Part shown: positions 23,655 through 36,689 of the stretch, piece after piece
Layout of the letters: every line of letters starts with the position of its first letter
Position numbering within the stretch: the first letter of the stretch is position 1
NCBI GenBank assembly: GCA_008632985.1
Contig: QPGO01000079.1
Span: 310,001 to 373,519 of the forward strand
DNA: 63,519 bases
Direction of reading: 5' to 3'
DNA from: Psammoneis japonica
Lineage: Eukaryota
Notes under the pieces: model-generated
Told to the model about the DNA's origin: nothing
Database searches by the model: none
Seen by the model: only the letters and a program-made list of their open reading frames with translations
Program-made: the position numbers and the translations under genes

Positions 23655-24737
23655 CTATTCACCCATCATTTTGGCACTCTCCCCAAACAAGAGGGTATCC
23701 GCCATGAGGGGCATACCAATCATGAGTTTGACGGAATACACGACGGCAATGACGAGTGCAATGGCGGTCCAAAGCACCACATTAAAGTACTGGATTTGAA
23801 ACATGGTCTTGTAGGGCGTGACCCATTCACCGGCATCATTGTAATAGCCGTATCCATAATAACCATTCTGGTTGTTGTTGTTATTATTTTGGTTGCCATT
23901 ATTGTCCTCGCCTTCACCCTCTTCTTCTTGACCTTCTTCTTGATTGTTTTCCTCTTCTCCTTGTTGTTGTTCGTCTGTAGAGGTGCAATAGCGAAACGGC
24001 ATGTTGAGCAAACTATACACATCCAGTCATACCTCATACCGCACACAAACAATTTTCTTTTTTATATACATACCTTCCAAACGACGACGCGTCGACGTCG
24101 TTGACAATTGACGACGACGAGCCGCACCCTCTTCTTCCTCCACCACAAGATGAAGGACAATGGTCGTGTCGGCCTCCTCGGCTTGTTGGGCCAGAGACTC
24201 CAGGAGAGCCGCCACGGCCGAATTGGCAGCTTGTGCCGTGTCGTGATGATGGACCTTGCATTCGACCGCGTGCAATCCCGAAGAAGCACGAACTTGATGG
24301 AGCGTCGATGCATTCACTTCGTTAATGTTGGCAATACCCGATTCCTTCATAAGAGTCGGAGCCGTAGCACCGTCCACGTGAAAATGTCCAACCACGCCAT
24401 TGCTACCCTCTTGTTCGACAAGACTGCTCACCACAGGCATTTCCGCCAAATCGACACCACTTCCGTGCAAGCCTACAATCAAACCACTTGATGCCTTGTG
24501 GAATAAATCCGGAACCACCGTCATGCCGGCATGTTGACGACGACGGGACGACGAATGGCTGTGCAAGGCATTCCAAAAGGACGATACACCTCGAACCGAC
24601 GTTTTGCTTTTTTGCGAAGACGTGCGACGTACCACACCGCCCTTACCAAATTCCAAGACCGCCACCGTTGTAGTGGCTTCAACAGCAGCGGCCGCAAGCA
24701 GCAAACAACCAAGAGTCGTCTTGAACAACATCATCAT
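23655..24737 (-). CDS. ATP6AP2 / renin-receptor-like V-ATPase accessory protein; intron 23975-24073
   Basis: Signal peptide MMMLFKTTLGCLLLAAAAVEA. C-terminal YFNVVLWTAIALVIAVVYSVKLMIGMPLMADTLLF resembles the ATP6AP2 TM/tail (FNMVLW...MDPGYDSIIY). The GTATGT..CTACAG intron joins the two ORFs in frame. Confidence 0.65.
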
Positions 24738-25149
24738 GGTACAACAACAGAGAATGCCAACGTTCTTGCTGTGTCGCAACGCAGAAACAACTTGCGGCAT
24801 TGAAAGCGAACGCCAATGTTCAATAAAAACCATAGTAACAGTATGGCCGTTATTTCGTTAGGGGGTTGAGCGATGGTACGAATTCTACAGTTCAGTACGG
24901 CACAGGAAACTTTTCTACCGTTAATTGGTGTTCGGTGAAAAAGAGAAATATAAATATAATATACATATATAAGATTCTTTGAAATGTTTGGAACGATGTT
25001 GCGCGTAACGGTCGACGGCAGGACCGTTCCGGCTGCGCCACATAACACACACAAAGTCCAGACATCACATCATGCACACCGTGCCGTACAACATTACAAA
25101 ACGCAACGCAACACAAGGAGCAACAAGAACGCACGAGCGAGGAGTCGCC

Positions 25150-26600
25150 GATTCCCTTGAGCGAGTGCACGATCTCTCTGCTCTCTCCACTCTACAGCCA
25201 CTGTGTCATCATCTTGCAGTGCGGCATGCCCCCGCTTTGTGCAACGGGCCAAGGTGAGAACCTCTGGGTGGGACTCTGCAACAAAAATCTTTTGCCCTGG
25301 TGTGCAGAGTCATTTTGCAGTGCGCGCAGAGCTGTGTGGGGCGAGCGACAAGACTCTGCTCCGCAAAGAAGACAGGCACTGCAAGCACCAGCCAATGATG
25401 GGCAATGCCCAGTGTGGCCACACTTGTGGTGGGACAGTTTGATCTGTGCTGCTGTGCAGCGACATTGCTGGTGATGCGCGGCTTTCTCTGCAACAGTGAC
25501 GTCAGAGGGGGGTGCCCCTCAACACAGCCATTTGTTCTCTCTTTGGTGCTGGGTTGGCAAAACACACTGTTGAGTGCTCCAGCTTGCAGCACAACAACAA
25601 AATGTGGAGCACCAGGGAACCATCTTGGGGGGGGGGGGGTCAAATTGCAGCTTGTGTGGAGATCATCACATCTCACTCCTGCATGCCACCAGGCTGTGCA
25701 CACTGGCAGGCCAAGGTGAGAAAACAACCTGGGCAGGGGGGTTCTGCCAAACTGTGTGTCCAGGTGGTGCTGCACTGCAGTGTGCAACCCCACTCACCCA
25801 GTTCCATGGCATTGATGTTGCCTGGCCATGGCAGCTGCACATTGATTTTGAGCATTGCTGGGCAGTTGCCCAGCGTGCATGTCAAGAGTGTGGGTGGTGC
25901 GCGGGCAGGTCCAGAACACAAACACCATGGCGTGCTTGGCTGCTGGGCAACACAGTCATTGCATGGCATCACCACATGGCGCAGTGGAGCCATGGGAAGC
26001 TTTGCTGATGGCAGGGTGCATGGCCACCAGGTGATGCTGGAAGTGGCCATTCATTGGAGCCAGCTGGCAACAGCCAAACTTGATTGACAAGAAGCTGTGC
26101 AGCAGATGGAGCAGATGCCAAGTTCACCTCTCATGTGCTGCAATTGCACTGCACCACACCAAGGTGCACTGCACCAACTGTTTGCTGTTGTCATGCACAA
26201 GAACCTCTGCTCTGTGCAACATGCTGGGGTGGGAGAAAACATGGCAGTTGCGCTGCTTTTTCTCACTGTCAAGGAAGTGTGATGGGCCTCTCTTTGTGAT
26301 GGGACCTGACACATGCTGCATCATTGGTGAGTGGTGTTTGCACAATCCACAGCACAACTGTGCAATTGCAGCCAGCTGGAAGACAGACTGATGCACAGCA
26401 CATGCACCCAAAAAGCTGCTCCAGCTGCGGCCACTGTCGCAGCTGGAGGCTGTGCTGGAGAGCCACAGAGCAAGGCAGACTCTTTCACTGACACACAAAA
26501 CTGGGCAAGTTTGCTCCCTCATCCTTGGCAGGAGCAGACTGGTTTGGCTGTGTGACTGCTTTTGTCTTGAACAGAGCTGCAGCAATTCCATTCACTGTAC
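25150..26600. other. Hypermutated block 4
   Basis: Same signature; lies between the ATP6AP2-like promoter and the AMT 3' end. Confidence 0.8.
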
Positions 26601-26964
26601 AAAGTAGAATTGCCTCCACCATGCGTGGTGCGCTGACGCCAGAGAAGCAATTGCTGTTTGAACGCCATTCCTCAAATGAAACTCCGGCAGAACCATAGAA
26701 CTAAATTGCAAAGAATCGCGTGTGAATGCATGTTGCATGGCACCAATGGAAGCAATGGACTACACTGCTTGTGACGGGTGGAGTTTAGAAAGACATGGAC
26801 TAATAGGACACACCAATGCAATGCTGCTCCTATTAGCTAGACTGCTGGAGCACCACAGAGTAAGACATGCTCTTTCGAACAATGACAACGTAAAACTCGG
26901 CGCTCGCTCCTTAAACCTTACAGCACGCTCGGGGCTAGCAGAACATCCATACAATTGACATGCA

Positions 26965-28850
26965 TTAAACCTGACCGGGCTGAAGCTCCGCCCACGACTT
27001 TCTCCTGAGCCGAATGCTTGTCTTTTCTTCCCTTGCTTGATTCGAGACAGGAACATCTTCAACATTGTTAACCTCAAACTCTTCGGACTTTTCAGCCTTG
27101 GCAGCATTCTCGTTCTGAAGAGATTCCTCAGGGGCATCACCATTTCCTCCAGTTTCCTCATCTTCCTCGGTCTTATACATCACTTTGGCGGCACTCTGTC
27201 GAACACTCTGTCGAGGATACGACTCGGTTCCGTGTTCACCGATATCAATGCCCATGAGCTCCATTTCTTTTGAAATGCGGAACCATCCAAGCCGGTTGAG
27301 CGTCCAAAACATCATGCTAGAAACACCAAATGCCCACGCAAAGTACACCACCAAGCCGTAAAACTGGTAGCCGAGCTGTTTCCCATTACCACCATAAAAC
27401 ACTCCCGCCAGGTCCTCGTCGTTGCCTACATAACGCGAGTTGGCAAAAAAGCCAACGGAAATCAATCCAACAATGCCGGATCCCATGTGAAGGGCGGACG
27501 CACCGACCGGGTCGTCGATGCGAAGGACGTTTTCAAAGAGCCAATCCTGCACATAAAAGCCAGCGGCACCGAGAATGCCAATAACGACAGCGATTCCCGT
27601 GTCGTATACATTCACACCACTGCACGTTGCGACCATGCCACCGAGAAGGCCATTCATGGCAAAGGCGAGGTTCCAGTGCTTAAATTTCCATATTCCAAAG
27701 AGGAGAAGCGTGACGGCACCAGAGGCTCCGGCAAGCACCGTGACCACCACGGCCCTTCCCGTATTGATGAGACCCTCTTCTCCGGCAATGGCATAGCCGG
27801 CTCCGGCATTGAAGGGGAGGAATCCAAACCACAAAATCAACGTGCCAAGTGCCGCAAGTACAGCATTGTGTCCCGGGATATCCACAGCCACGATCTTGCC
27901 AGTCTCTTCGTCCTTGACGAATTTGCCAATGCGAGGCCCGAGAAAGTAGGACGCCGACATTGCGGCAGCGCCTCCCACCAAGTGAACGGCTCCGCTGCCC
28001 GAAAAGTCGGCAACCTTACCATACAAAAAGCCGTCCGGGTCCCAGATCCTGAGAGTATGACAAGAAAGGAATGGAAGTGTGTGAGGAAACAGCAGACGAA
28101 TCGTGCATATCGCAGCCACAAGGACAGCATCTCAACCAACTTCTTCTGAACTCACCAGTGACAAACAACGGGATAAATGAAACCGGAAAGAACAATGCTG
28201 TAAATGAGATAGGCTCTGTTATGTACCGGTAGAAATAGGCAACAGCAACACCGTGAGTGGTCAAGTCGTTTGAATGATATTGCAACACTACCTGGCTTAT
28301 GAATGCACGCACCGAATGCGGCAGCGCTCGGCAACGGCACCGCTCACAATCGTTGCCGTGGTACCCGAAAAGACCATTTGAAAGAAGAAGTTGATGTAAT
28401 CTTCGTTGTTAATGAGGAAAAAGAAAGAGCTGCCAATAAACGGATTGTTCCCCTCTCCGTAGGCAAAGGCAAATCCTACACACAAACAAGCAGGTGTCAA
28501 GTGTAAGTCTAGCGATAGCGTTTCTGTTAGAAAAGACTGTTGTACACTAAACAAATCAACGCACCAAACGCCCAATACGCCAGGGCAGCCACCGCCATGT
28601 CCATCAAGTTCTTAAACATTATGTTTGTAGCATTCTTTTTTAAGATGAAGTAAAGAAAGATGGGTGAGTCTTCCTTGTTCTAGTTTCCCCTGGTAAATGT
28701 ACATCGATCATACTATGCATATCGTACCTTGGCTCGAACCGAGCCAACTTCGAGCAAGCCGAATCCGGCTTGCAACAAAAAACACATGAATCCACATAGA
28801 AGGACAAACGAAAAGTCGATGGACGCAGCGACTTCGGCATCGAGACCCAT
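26965..28850 (-). CDS. AMT: Ammonium transporter (Amt/Mep/Rh family), 5 exons
   Basis: Spliced motifs QAGFGLLEVGSVRAK|NATNIMFKN, FFFQMVFSGTTATIVSGAVAER, FIYPVVCHW|IW, DFSGSGAVHLVGG, LGPRIGKF, ILWFGFLPFNAG, IDDPVGASALH; both pore His residues present. First intron 28635-28727; three more GT-AG introns between ~28050 and 28565. Confidence 0.93.
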
Positions 28851-29149
28851 GATGATTGGATAGTGGTCAACACCACGAGAGGTTGATAGGGGAAGGGGAC
28901 AAAAGAAAAATACTTGTGCAATTCGCGACAAGAATGGTGCAATGTCGAACCATGATTTGTTTCCCAACGGTTTTAGATGGCAGATTTTTTGCCGAGGTGA
29001 ACATCTTGGTGAACGTCAAGGTCGAAAACGAAAACACCGCACAGAGCAGTGACACACGGGGCAATATTATGTGACCCGATTTCAGTCGTGATGGCGGAAC
29101 AGATCGCCAACTTAAACCTTCGACGCGCGGGGAGTTGTGTTTTGTGTGG

Positions 29150-30150
29150 GCAAGATGAAGTTGCCTTTGAACCTCTTGTCTTGTCTTTCGACTTGTCAGC
29201 ACAGTCCATCAGCAATCGCACTGGCACTGTGCCAGCAGATGGCAGGGCACAACTCAAGAAAGCAAGCCGTTGAAAAGCGGGTGATGTTCTTCTTCTCTCT
29301 CCTCGGCCTGTGGTTTCTCTCTCTTGGCTTTTGCCCGGCTGGGTGGAGGCAGCACATTGCAGTGCTTCCAATGTTCTTTCTTTTCCATCATGCTTGGGGA
29401 CTGAGGAGATGGGGTGGGGTTGAGTCTTTGGCAAACCAACCTGCTGCTCTTCTGGATGCAGTCGACGGGAGTGTGAGAACCTCGGTGCTGTGCTCAAAGT
29501 CAAAGTGCCGCAGCTCTTTCCCAGGCTTCAAAGCCGCTGTCGGCTGTCAGCCCGCAGCTCTCGCGTGGTTTGTGGGACATCTTTCTCACAAACCCAGCTC
29601 CCCTCTTGAGCAAAGAAACCAAACCTTTTGGGGCTGCTCCAACACTTGAAAATGGAGAGCAACTTGTGCAAATTTCCAGGGAGTTTGCACGGCAACTTCG
29701 CTCCAGGACGCCGTTTGTTGCTGCGGCATTGCCGCTCGCCCCAGTGGCGCAATCTGCCAGAAAACAAAAAGCTCTTTTTTGGCTGTGGATTGCACTGTCT
29801 CTCTTGGAATGGCTCTCTCTTGGGTTGGTGCTGCTCCACTGCAGATCCTGACATGTTCAAGAATCACAGTGGCAGCCATCTTGGTGGATCGATTGCAGCC
29901 ACGCTGATGTCGGCAACCATGGCCAGGGGATCTTTGTGCTTGCTGGCCAAGGGTGGTGCATTGCACAAGGTGGATTGCAGCAGTTGCTGTCTTGTTGCCA
30001 CTTCCCCCAAACGGAAGTCACATCCTAGAGTGCAGAAAGCTGCAGCATCAATGCAAAGAACAGAACATGCACGCTGCTGTGGTGGCGTCAAAGGCAACAT
30101 TAGACTGCTTCTGAAAAGAGCCTTGATCCGAATGCCGTGGTGCCGTTCAA
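29150..30150. other. Hypermutated block 5 (TpA-depleted, CpG partly retained)
   Basis: Few TpA outside YTAR; many CpG remain. Confidence 0.7.
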
Positions 30151-31611
30151 AAACAGTTGGCATTTGGGGCATTTTCCGACCACGCCGTGCTCGTTGCTTT
30201 TTCGAAATTTTAGAGCATCTACGGCAGGTTGTAGAAACACATGAGGCCTCAGGTCGTAAAGCAAGGATTTGCGCAGATTAACTCAAAATGGTTTCTTAGA
30301 TCTTAAAAAGATTCAGTAAGAACATTTCATCAGGGAGGCTTCATCATCAGCAATGAAATATCCAATCCGCAATGCCAACACATGAAAGCCGCATAAACCA
30401 TTCCACCCCCTCACTCAATGCAATCATTCCTCACTCTAGCCTAGTTCCGCTCTGTTTTCGTCAATTCCCCATCTAGTCCCTAATTTATGATCATGTCCCT
30501 TACAATGCAAACGGCTTCGGCATTTGAATAGATTTTAAGCCTTCACGAGAAACGGGTACCACCGCGGGGCTCGATGGCACGGACCCTTCGCTTTCGGATT
30601 GCTCGGTCTTCTGTGGGCGTCTTGGCTACAAAAAGAAAGAATAGACCAAAGAGTGAGGAAACAAGCTCGGCTACAACGGAATGACGTTCAAGAGGATCAT
30701 CTCCATAAACACAGCGAAAATAAAGATGGCTCGTCCTTCCATGCAAGAACCGCGGTCGTGGCTCATTCAGCATGACACCTCCGAATCTCCAGTCGCTCGC
30801 ACGTTACAAACCACGTAGAAAAACACGTACGCAAACACGACCGAAAAAGAAAAAAGCGACCACTGCCACGTATGTCCATCGTCAACGAACATCGCTTACC
30901 GCTTTCGCGGGAGACCCATGTGGGCTCTCGAGCATTTTATCTTCTTGTGCGGACCAACGTCCTTGTATGTCGTGCTGATATTCCGGTGTCGTCATAGTGA
31001 AGAAGCGAGATTCACAAAGTGTTGAACACAAAGGATTTTTGTTCTTTTTTTGTGCGACGAGACAACAGCATTACAGTAGAATGCGATGCATGTGCAAGAG
31101 GTGCGACAGCTCATTTATCTAATATTCAAAGATTTAGATCGTAATTTGAAATATATATTTAAAGAATTAATTATATATTTCAGCAAGATTTTTAACGAAA
31201 TCGTGACAACAAACGGTCTAAAGTTCGCGTGCATAATGTTGGTGTTCGCTGAAATTTGTTTTCCCGCAAAAATTAGTCACGCGGGACTCACGTTGGCGGG
31301 CTTCCTTTTGCATGCCTTTTGCGCCTCGCTCGCTCGTCGCCTCACTCGGGCCCTCTGCGCAAAAAATCAAAAACTCCATTCTGTAGTAGCTTGGCCCTCT
31401 AGAACTTCTTGATTTCAACTTACCCTGGTAGACTAATTTGCACAATGATGGAATTGCGGCCTCCTTTGCCCACTCTACGGTATCTTTGCCTCACGAAAAG
31501 GATTCAATTGTTGTAGATAATCAACAGCAACCGCAATACATAGTTCCCGTGTATTATGGTAGCTATTATCAAAGACTAGCATCCCGAGCGATATGCAACA
31601 GAAAAAAATCA

Positions 31612-32659
31612 TTAAGCAATGCCTGCCAGTAAGACATATGCCGCGATTACGAGGCTGAAGTAGCAAAGGATATTCACTCCCACCACAAACACTTTGAAAG
31701 CCAGCATATTCCCCCGCCCAATACCTGTCCCGGTCCACGGACACAAATGGTCATAGTCTTGAATCAAAACCTTGACAAGATAATAAGTGAGATGATAAAT
31801 TAGTACATAATACAACAAGCGAAACGACATTGGCTTTTAAAAAAATCCATAAGGATCAATGATTTATTGGAACATACCTGACATTCCCGACAATATAGAG
31901 CTCCAGGAGGTCTATAGCTTCCTACTTGTTCATTCCAGAACCAGCCCCCTTCTCCCGCCTCTGGATCTGTTACTCGTTCCATCAACCCCGGATCTCGACA
32001 ACTGACAAAGAAAAGAGCGATGAGAACCGCTGCAAGGATGGGACCGTAAATGTACACCACCCAAGTTGGCTACAATTAAACCGAAAAAAGTCCATGTCAG
32101 CCTTTTCAAAAGAAGGATAATCCCACCTTCAAAGATGCATGTAATCAACCGACTTACAAGTTTGGGACTCCGGATAATGACAAACACGATGACAACCGCG
32201 GAAATGCCCGCGATCAAGGGCAACGTCACAAACGTGCAAAACGGCCAGCAGGGTCCCGCAATAACAATGGGCGTTCCGTCCTCTTTTTCCATTAGAATAA
32301 ACATGTTTCCGATTCGTCGTGCACAGCAACAAAAGTACTTGTGAAAATCGTCTGGTGGGCCGCCTCGGTCCGCAACTTCTCGTTCCCATCGTGTTGAAAC
32401 AGCAAACCTGAGAAAAAAGTTGAAAGCAAGTCAAATAAGCAGCCCGATGATAAGAGCCCATAAACAATCGGCGGCAATCACAATTTACTCACTGCTTCTT
32501 TGAACGGTGTCTCATGGCGTCAGGGCCGTCGCTGGACTCGTCGTCGTCGTCGTCTTCGTAGCCTTCAACCTCTAATGTCTGCTGCTCAGGAGGAGCGGAT
32601 TCATCGTCGTCAAACGAAGTCTTTCGACTCCCATTTGAGATGCTTTTCCTTTGACTCAT
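31612..32659 (-). CDS. DHHC-family S-acyltransferase-like protein with DHLC motif, 4 exons
   Basis: Spliced sequence contains AGPCWPF, SCRDPG, SYRPPGALYCRECQ|VLIQDYDHLCPWTGTGIGRGNMLAFKVF. Introns 32408-32492, 32070-32157 and 31771-31877 all have GT..AG and keep frame. Confidence 0.85.
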
Positions 32660-32990
32660 ATCTACGTTATAATTAGGCAATTGGACAAGCAACACCAACA
32701 GCGAAAATGATGACAGCGTGGGAAGTTGACAGTCAATGGCGTTGTGGTCTTGAGTCTCTTTTTTTACTGGCTAGCTAATAGAGAGGGTAGTGAGGGTGAG
32801 GGTGATGAGTGTAAAGCAAGGAGCGGCAGGCACATACCAAAAGCACAACTTGAGCACGAGCATTCATTTCGCAAGTGCATGAAAGAGCTCGTATCGTACA
32901 TGCATGAAAAAAAACGTGCCGTCTGTCATGGTCCGCATCCCGGAAGCATGTGGGATTTGAATTTTGGAACATTGCGATTGTTGTGAGCGA

Positions 32991-35900
32991 TGTCACGAAT
33001 TTTTTACTCTCCAAAACCTCAAAACCACCATGACGACCAAAGAAAGCAGCCATGACAATCTGTGGCTCACCCAGATCAAGCAAGGCATCCACAACAAGGT
33101 CGGAAGAGACAGCGTGCGGGGCGAAGACATCTGGGGGGGAACTTGCAGAGGGAGTGCAGTGCGCACCATTGCGTGGGATGAAATGCTTGTGTTCACAATC
33201 ACACATTGCTGCATGTGCAAATCAGGTCACAGTTGTGGATGTGTGCAAAAGGACAGATCAACCAGCACACAGATTTGGTTGGATGTCTCGAAAACTGCAA
33301 ATGCGATCGACCGACGATGTCGACACATGAGGTGTCAGCGCTGATCACATCCGGACAATCTGCTGTCACAATCAGATGCTCCAAATGACCTTTGCTTTGC
33401 AAACATGGTGCAAATGCTTTGGACCATTGAGAGCTCCTTCAGAGAAACTCCAAATGGCAGAACAAAGTCCAATCTCGCAATTTTTGTTTTTCGTGAGATT
33501 CGCTCTGCTTTTGCCTGCACTTGTTCTTTGAGCACAGTGCATTGTGCACACACACCACAGAAAGCAAAGAGACAAAAGTGAAGCTTTTGTCTCATGCAAC
33601 CAATGGCAAGTCTTCTGTCAAGCAGGAGACAATCACACCTGCACCGCTGGAGCCGATCTCCGAGCCAAATGTGCTCAAACCAAGCCAGCAGCACCTCAAG
33701 ATGGTGCAGTGTTTTCACCCTGGAGACAAGAAGAGCCACACCCACACAATCAATGTTGAGCACTGCAACAAGCAGGGAGTTCCCATGTGCATCAAATTCC
33801 TCAACAGTCAGACAGAGTGTCCAACAGGAGCAGGCTGATGAGTTTCTTGCAGCATGATGCTTGCGTTGTTGCGTGGAGATGCTCTCCAAGTTTTTGAGAA
33901 TGAGGTGGCAAATGTTGGCTCCAAACAGGACAAAGGAGCCTTCAGAAAATGTGAGCATCACCTCGCCAATCATGCATTCCCAAAGAATGCACTCCAAAAT
34001 CAGAGGCAGTGTCTGCAACGTGAAGCCAGACTCTGTGAAGATTCGAGAAATCACTGTGTGGACCCAGCAAGTGAACAAAGACTTCAAGTGCCACCCTCTC
34101 TTTGAGACAAACCAGAATCTGGATGACAATGAGCTCAAAGACAGCATTTGCAACCTTGCGCCTTGCTGCCAGCACAGCCAGTCCACTCTTCAAGGTTTCA
34201 ATGTTCTCAACCACACTTTTGATGAGTTGGCGGAGCTTTTGGAGCATCTGGAGGTCACAGAGGGCACATTTGACCAGATCCATGTCAAGGGTGACACTGA
34301 CAAAGCCAACAATTGATGAAACCATTGTAAAAGCACTGTCCATGATTCATCAAAAGACTGGCAAAGGAATGCAGCAAGACTGGCAACATTCAAATGGCGC
34401 ACAGTTGCACAGGGTCTTGTTGCAACACAAACAATGCCTCTAAAAAAGAAGAGTTGAACACCATGGTTGCTCAAGCAACTCACAAAACCCTCAATGCAAG
34501 TTCCCTGACAAAAGACAAGAGAAATGCAAAGCCAAAGATTCAGGCTCTTGACACCCTCAGTCAGGGCAGAAACTGTCAATTTGAAATGATGACTCACAGT
34601 GATTCTGAGGAATGGCTGGCACCCATCAAGGAATCATGTGCATCGCTGGCTGGAAAAGGCTGGAGTGATTCATGCTGGTGCAGCAGTCATTGCTCACATG
34701 AACACTTCCTTGGGGAAAGAGAAAAATGAGCCTCTGCAAGTTGTTCTTTGCAGCGAAACATTGTCAAGCACAATTTTGCACAAATTCACATGGAAATTGA
34801 GAACCACAGAGAATGTGCCACCAAAACTCATAAAAGCAAGGGAGGGTTTTTTACAATTGACAGCAAATGCAAAATGCAGCTCTCATTGCCTGAATTTGAC
34901 AAGCACAAGCTGATCAAGAAAGATGGCATGCATGGAGAGCACCCCTTCTTTTTCTTGTGGATGAGACATGATCATGGGGCATGACTTCCTGAGCAGTCTT
35001 TGAATTGTGCTCAACTTTGCAAATGAGGAAATTAAATGGGAAGATGCAACTGCACCAACAAAAAATGTTGATGCATTTTTTGATGCCGAGGTCCTCAGGC
35101 TGGCTGACTGCCAATCACATTGAGGAATCTTGCGCCACAAATGGTCTCAATGACAGGGTCAACAGCATCCTTGATGCTGACTGTCATGCTGCTGAACTGC
35201 CTCCTGATGAGATTTGAAAACATTTTCAATGGCAACCCAGGTGTGTGGACAGCGAAGCCAATCAATCTTGCGTTGAAGTTGGGTGCAGAGTCCTGCACCA
35301 GAAACCAATTCCTGTTCCACAGGCCTTGAAGGCAACTGCTTGAAAGGAAGCTAGAAGACTCTGCAAGACAGAAGTCTTGAGAAGAACAAATCACTCTGAA
35401 TGTGCAGCTCCAACCTTTGTCCAAATTGGAAACTGGCGCATGCTCTGCCCAACATTCAAGACATGCTTCAGAAGCCCAAGGGCTTCATGCATGCAACGTC
35501 ACTTGATTTGAACATGGGACATTGTTGCATTGAGTGGACATCATGTGCACATTGTGTGTGTTGCATGATTGTGATGCTGCGGGGCAAGTGTGAGTGCTGC
35601 AGACATCCAGTGGGAATCGGCGGAGCTCCAGATGTTTTCCAAGAGCACACAGGCAAATGCATGTTGACAACATGCCATGCCTGACAAAAGGTGACTTCAA
35701 AGATCACCTCCATCAGCTCAAAACAGCACTCACATGGCTCAAACAAGCCAGTTTAAAGGTCAATGCCAAACAGCCCTTTTTTGCAAAGTCTGAAGTGGGC
35801 TCTCTGGGATTCCACATTTTAAAGGTGCTCAACCAACTCTCAAGAAAGTGGAGGCAATTAAATTGACCACAGCTCCTGGGACTCATGAGGGGAATTGCAG

Positions 35901-36230
35901 TGTTTCATTGGTGTGGTTGACTGCTGTCAAGACATGTGGCCTCCATGGTCTCACTTGCTTGCTCCTTTGGCCAAACTTTCCTCATGTGAGGTCAAGTGGC
36001 AATGGGTGAGCACGGAACAAAAAGCCTTCCAAAATGCAAAGCAAGCAATGTTGACAGATGTGTTGTTGTCACACCCGAATTTCAACGAACCCTTTGAGAT
36101 GTGTGCAGATGCAAGCAGTTCTCAATTGGGTGTGGTTGTCTCACAGCACAACTGACCTGTTGCCTTCTGCAGAGCCGAGAGCCAAATGAAGCACAGATGC
36201 CACATGGCAAGCCGTGTGCAGAAACCCTTG
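32991..36230 (+). mobile_element. Degenerate Ty3/Gypsy LTR retrotransposon (gag, protease, RT, RNase H; integrase not seen)
   Basis: Relic motifs FPKNALQNQRQCL (gag), DMIMGHDFL (protease), LPNIQDMLQKPKGFMHATSLDLNMGHCCI, GKCECCRHPVGIGGAPDVFQ, FIGVVDCCQDMWPPWSHLLAPL, LLSHPNFNEPFEMCADASSSQLG. Possible 5' LTR TG..CA at 32991-33405 followed by TGG (PBS-like), less certain. Confidence 0.85.
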
Positions 36231-36689
36231 ACCACAGGCAGACTCAGCACTTTTAAAAATTGGCTCACTTTTTTGCAGTCTGTGACATTGGCATGATGTG
36301 GCAAAACATTCACCACTGCAACAAAAAAACAGAAGGCATTTGCAGCTTCTGCGATGATGTTCAGAGTCGATTGGAGTGGGTTGGTGTGGTGCTTTTGCTG
36401 CTGCCAATGGTTCACAACCATGCTGTCAGTTGGCAAGTGCAAAACCTTCTTGTTTCACCTTCTCCTCTTTTTTGACACGTGTGTTTTTTTCTGCCTTTTG
36501 TGTTTGATCAGTGGGCAAGAATCACCAACAGCAAACAAATTGACAGTGTGGGAAGTTGACTGTCAATCCACAATGGCATTGTGGCCTTGAGTCTCTCAGT
36601 GAGGGTGTGCCAAACATCTTCCACCAAAAAGTGGAAACACATGCACATGCAGACAAATGCAAAAAAAAGAACTTCATTGCAACACTCAA

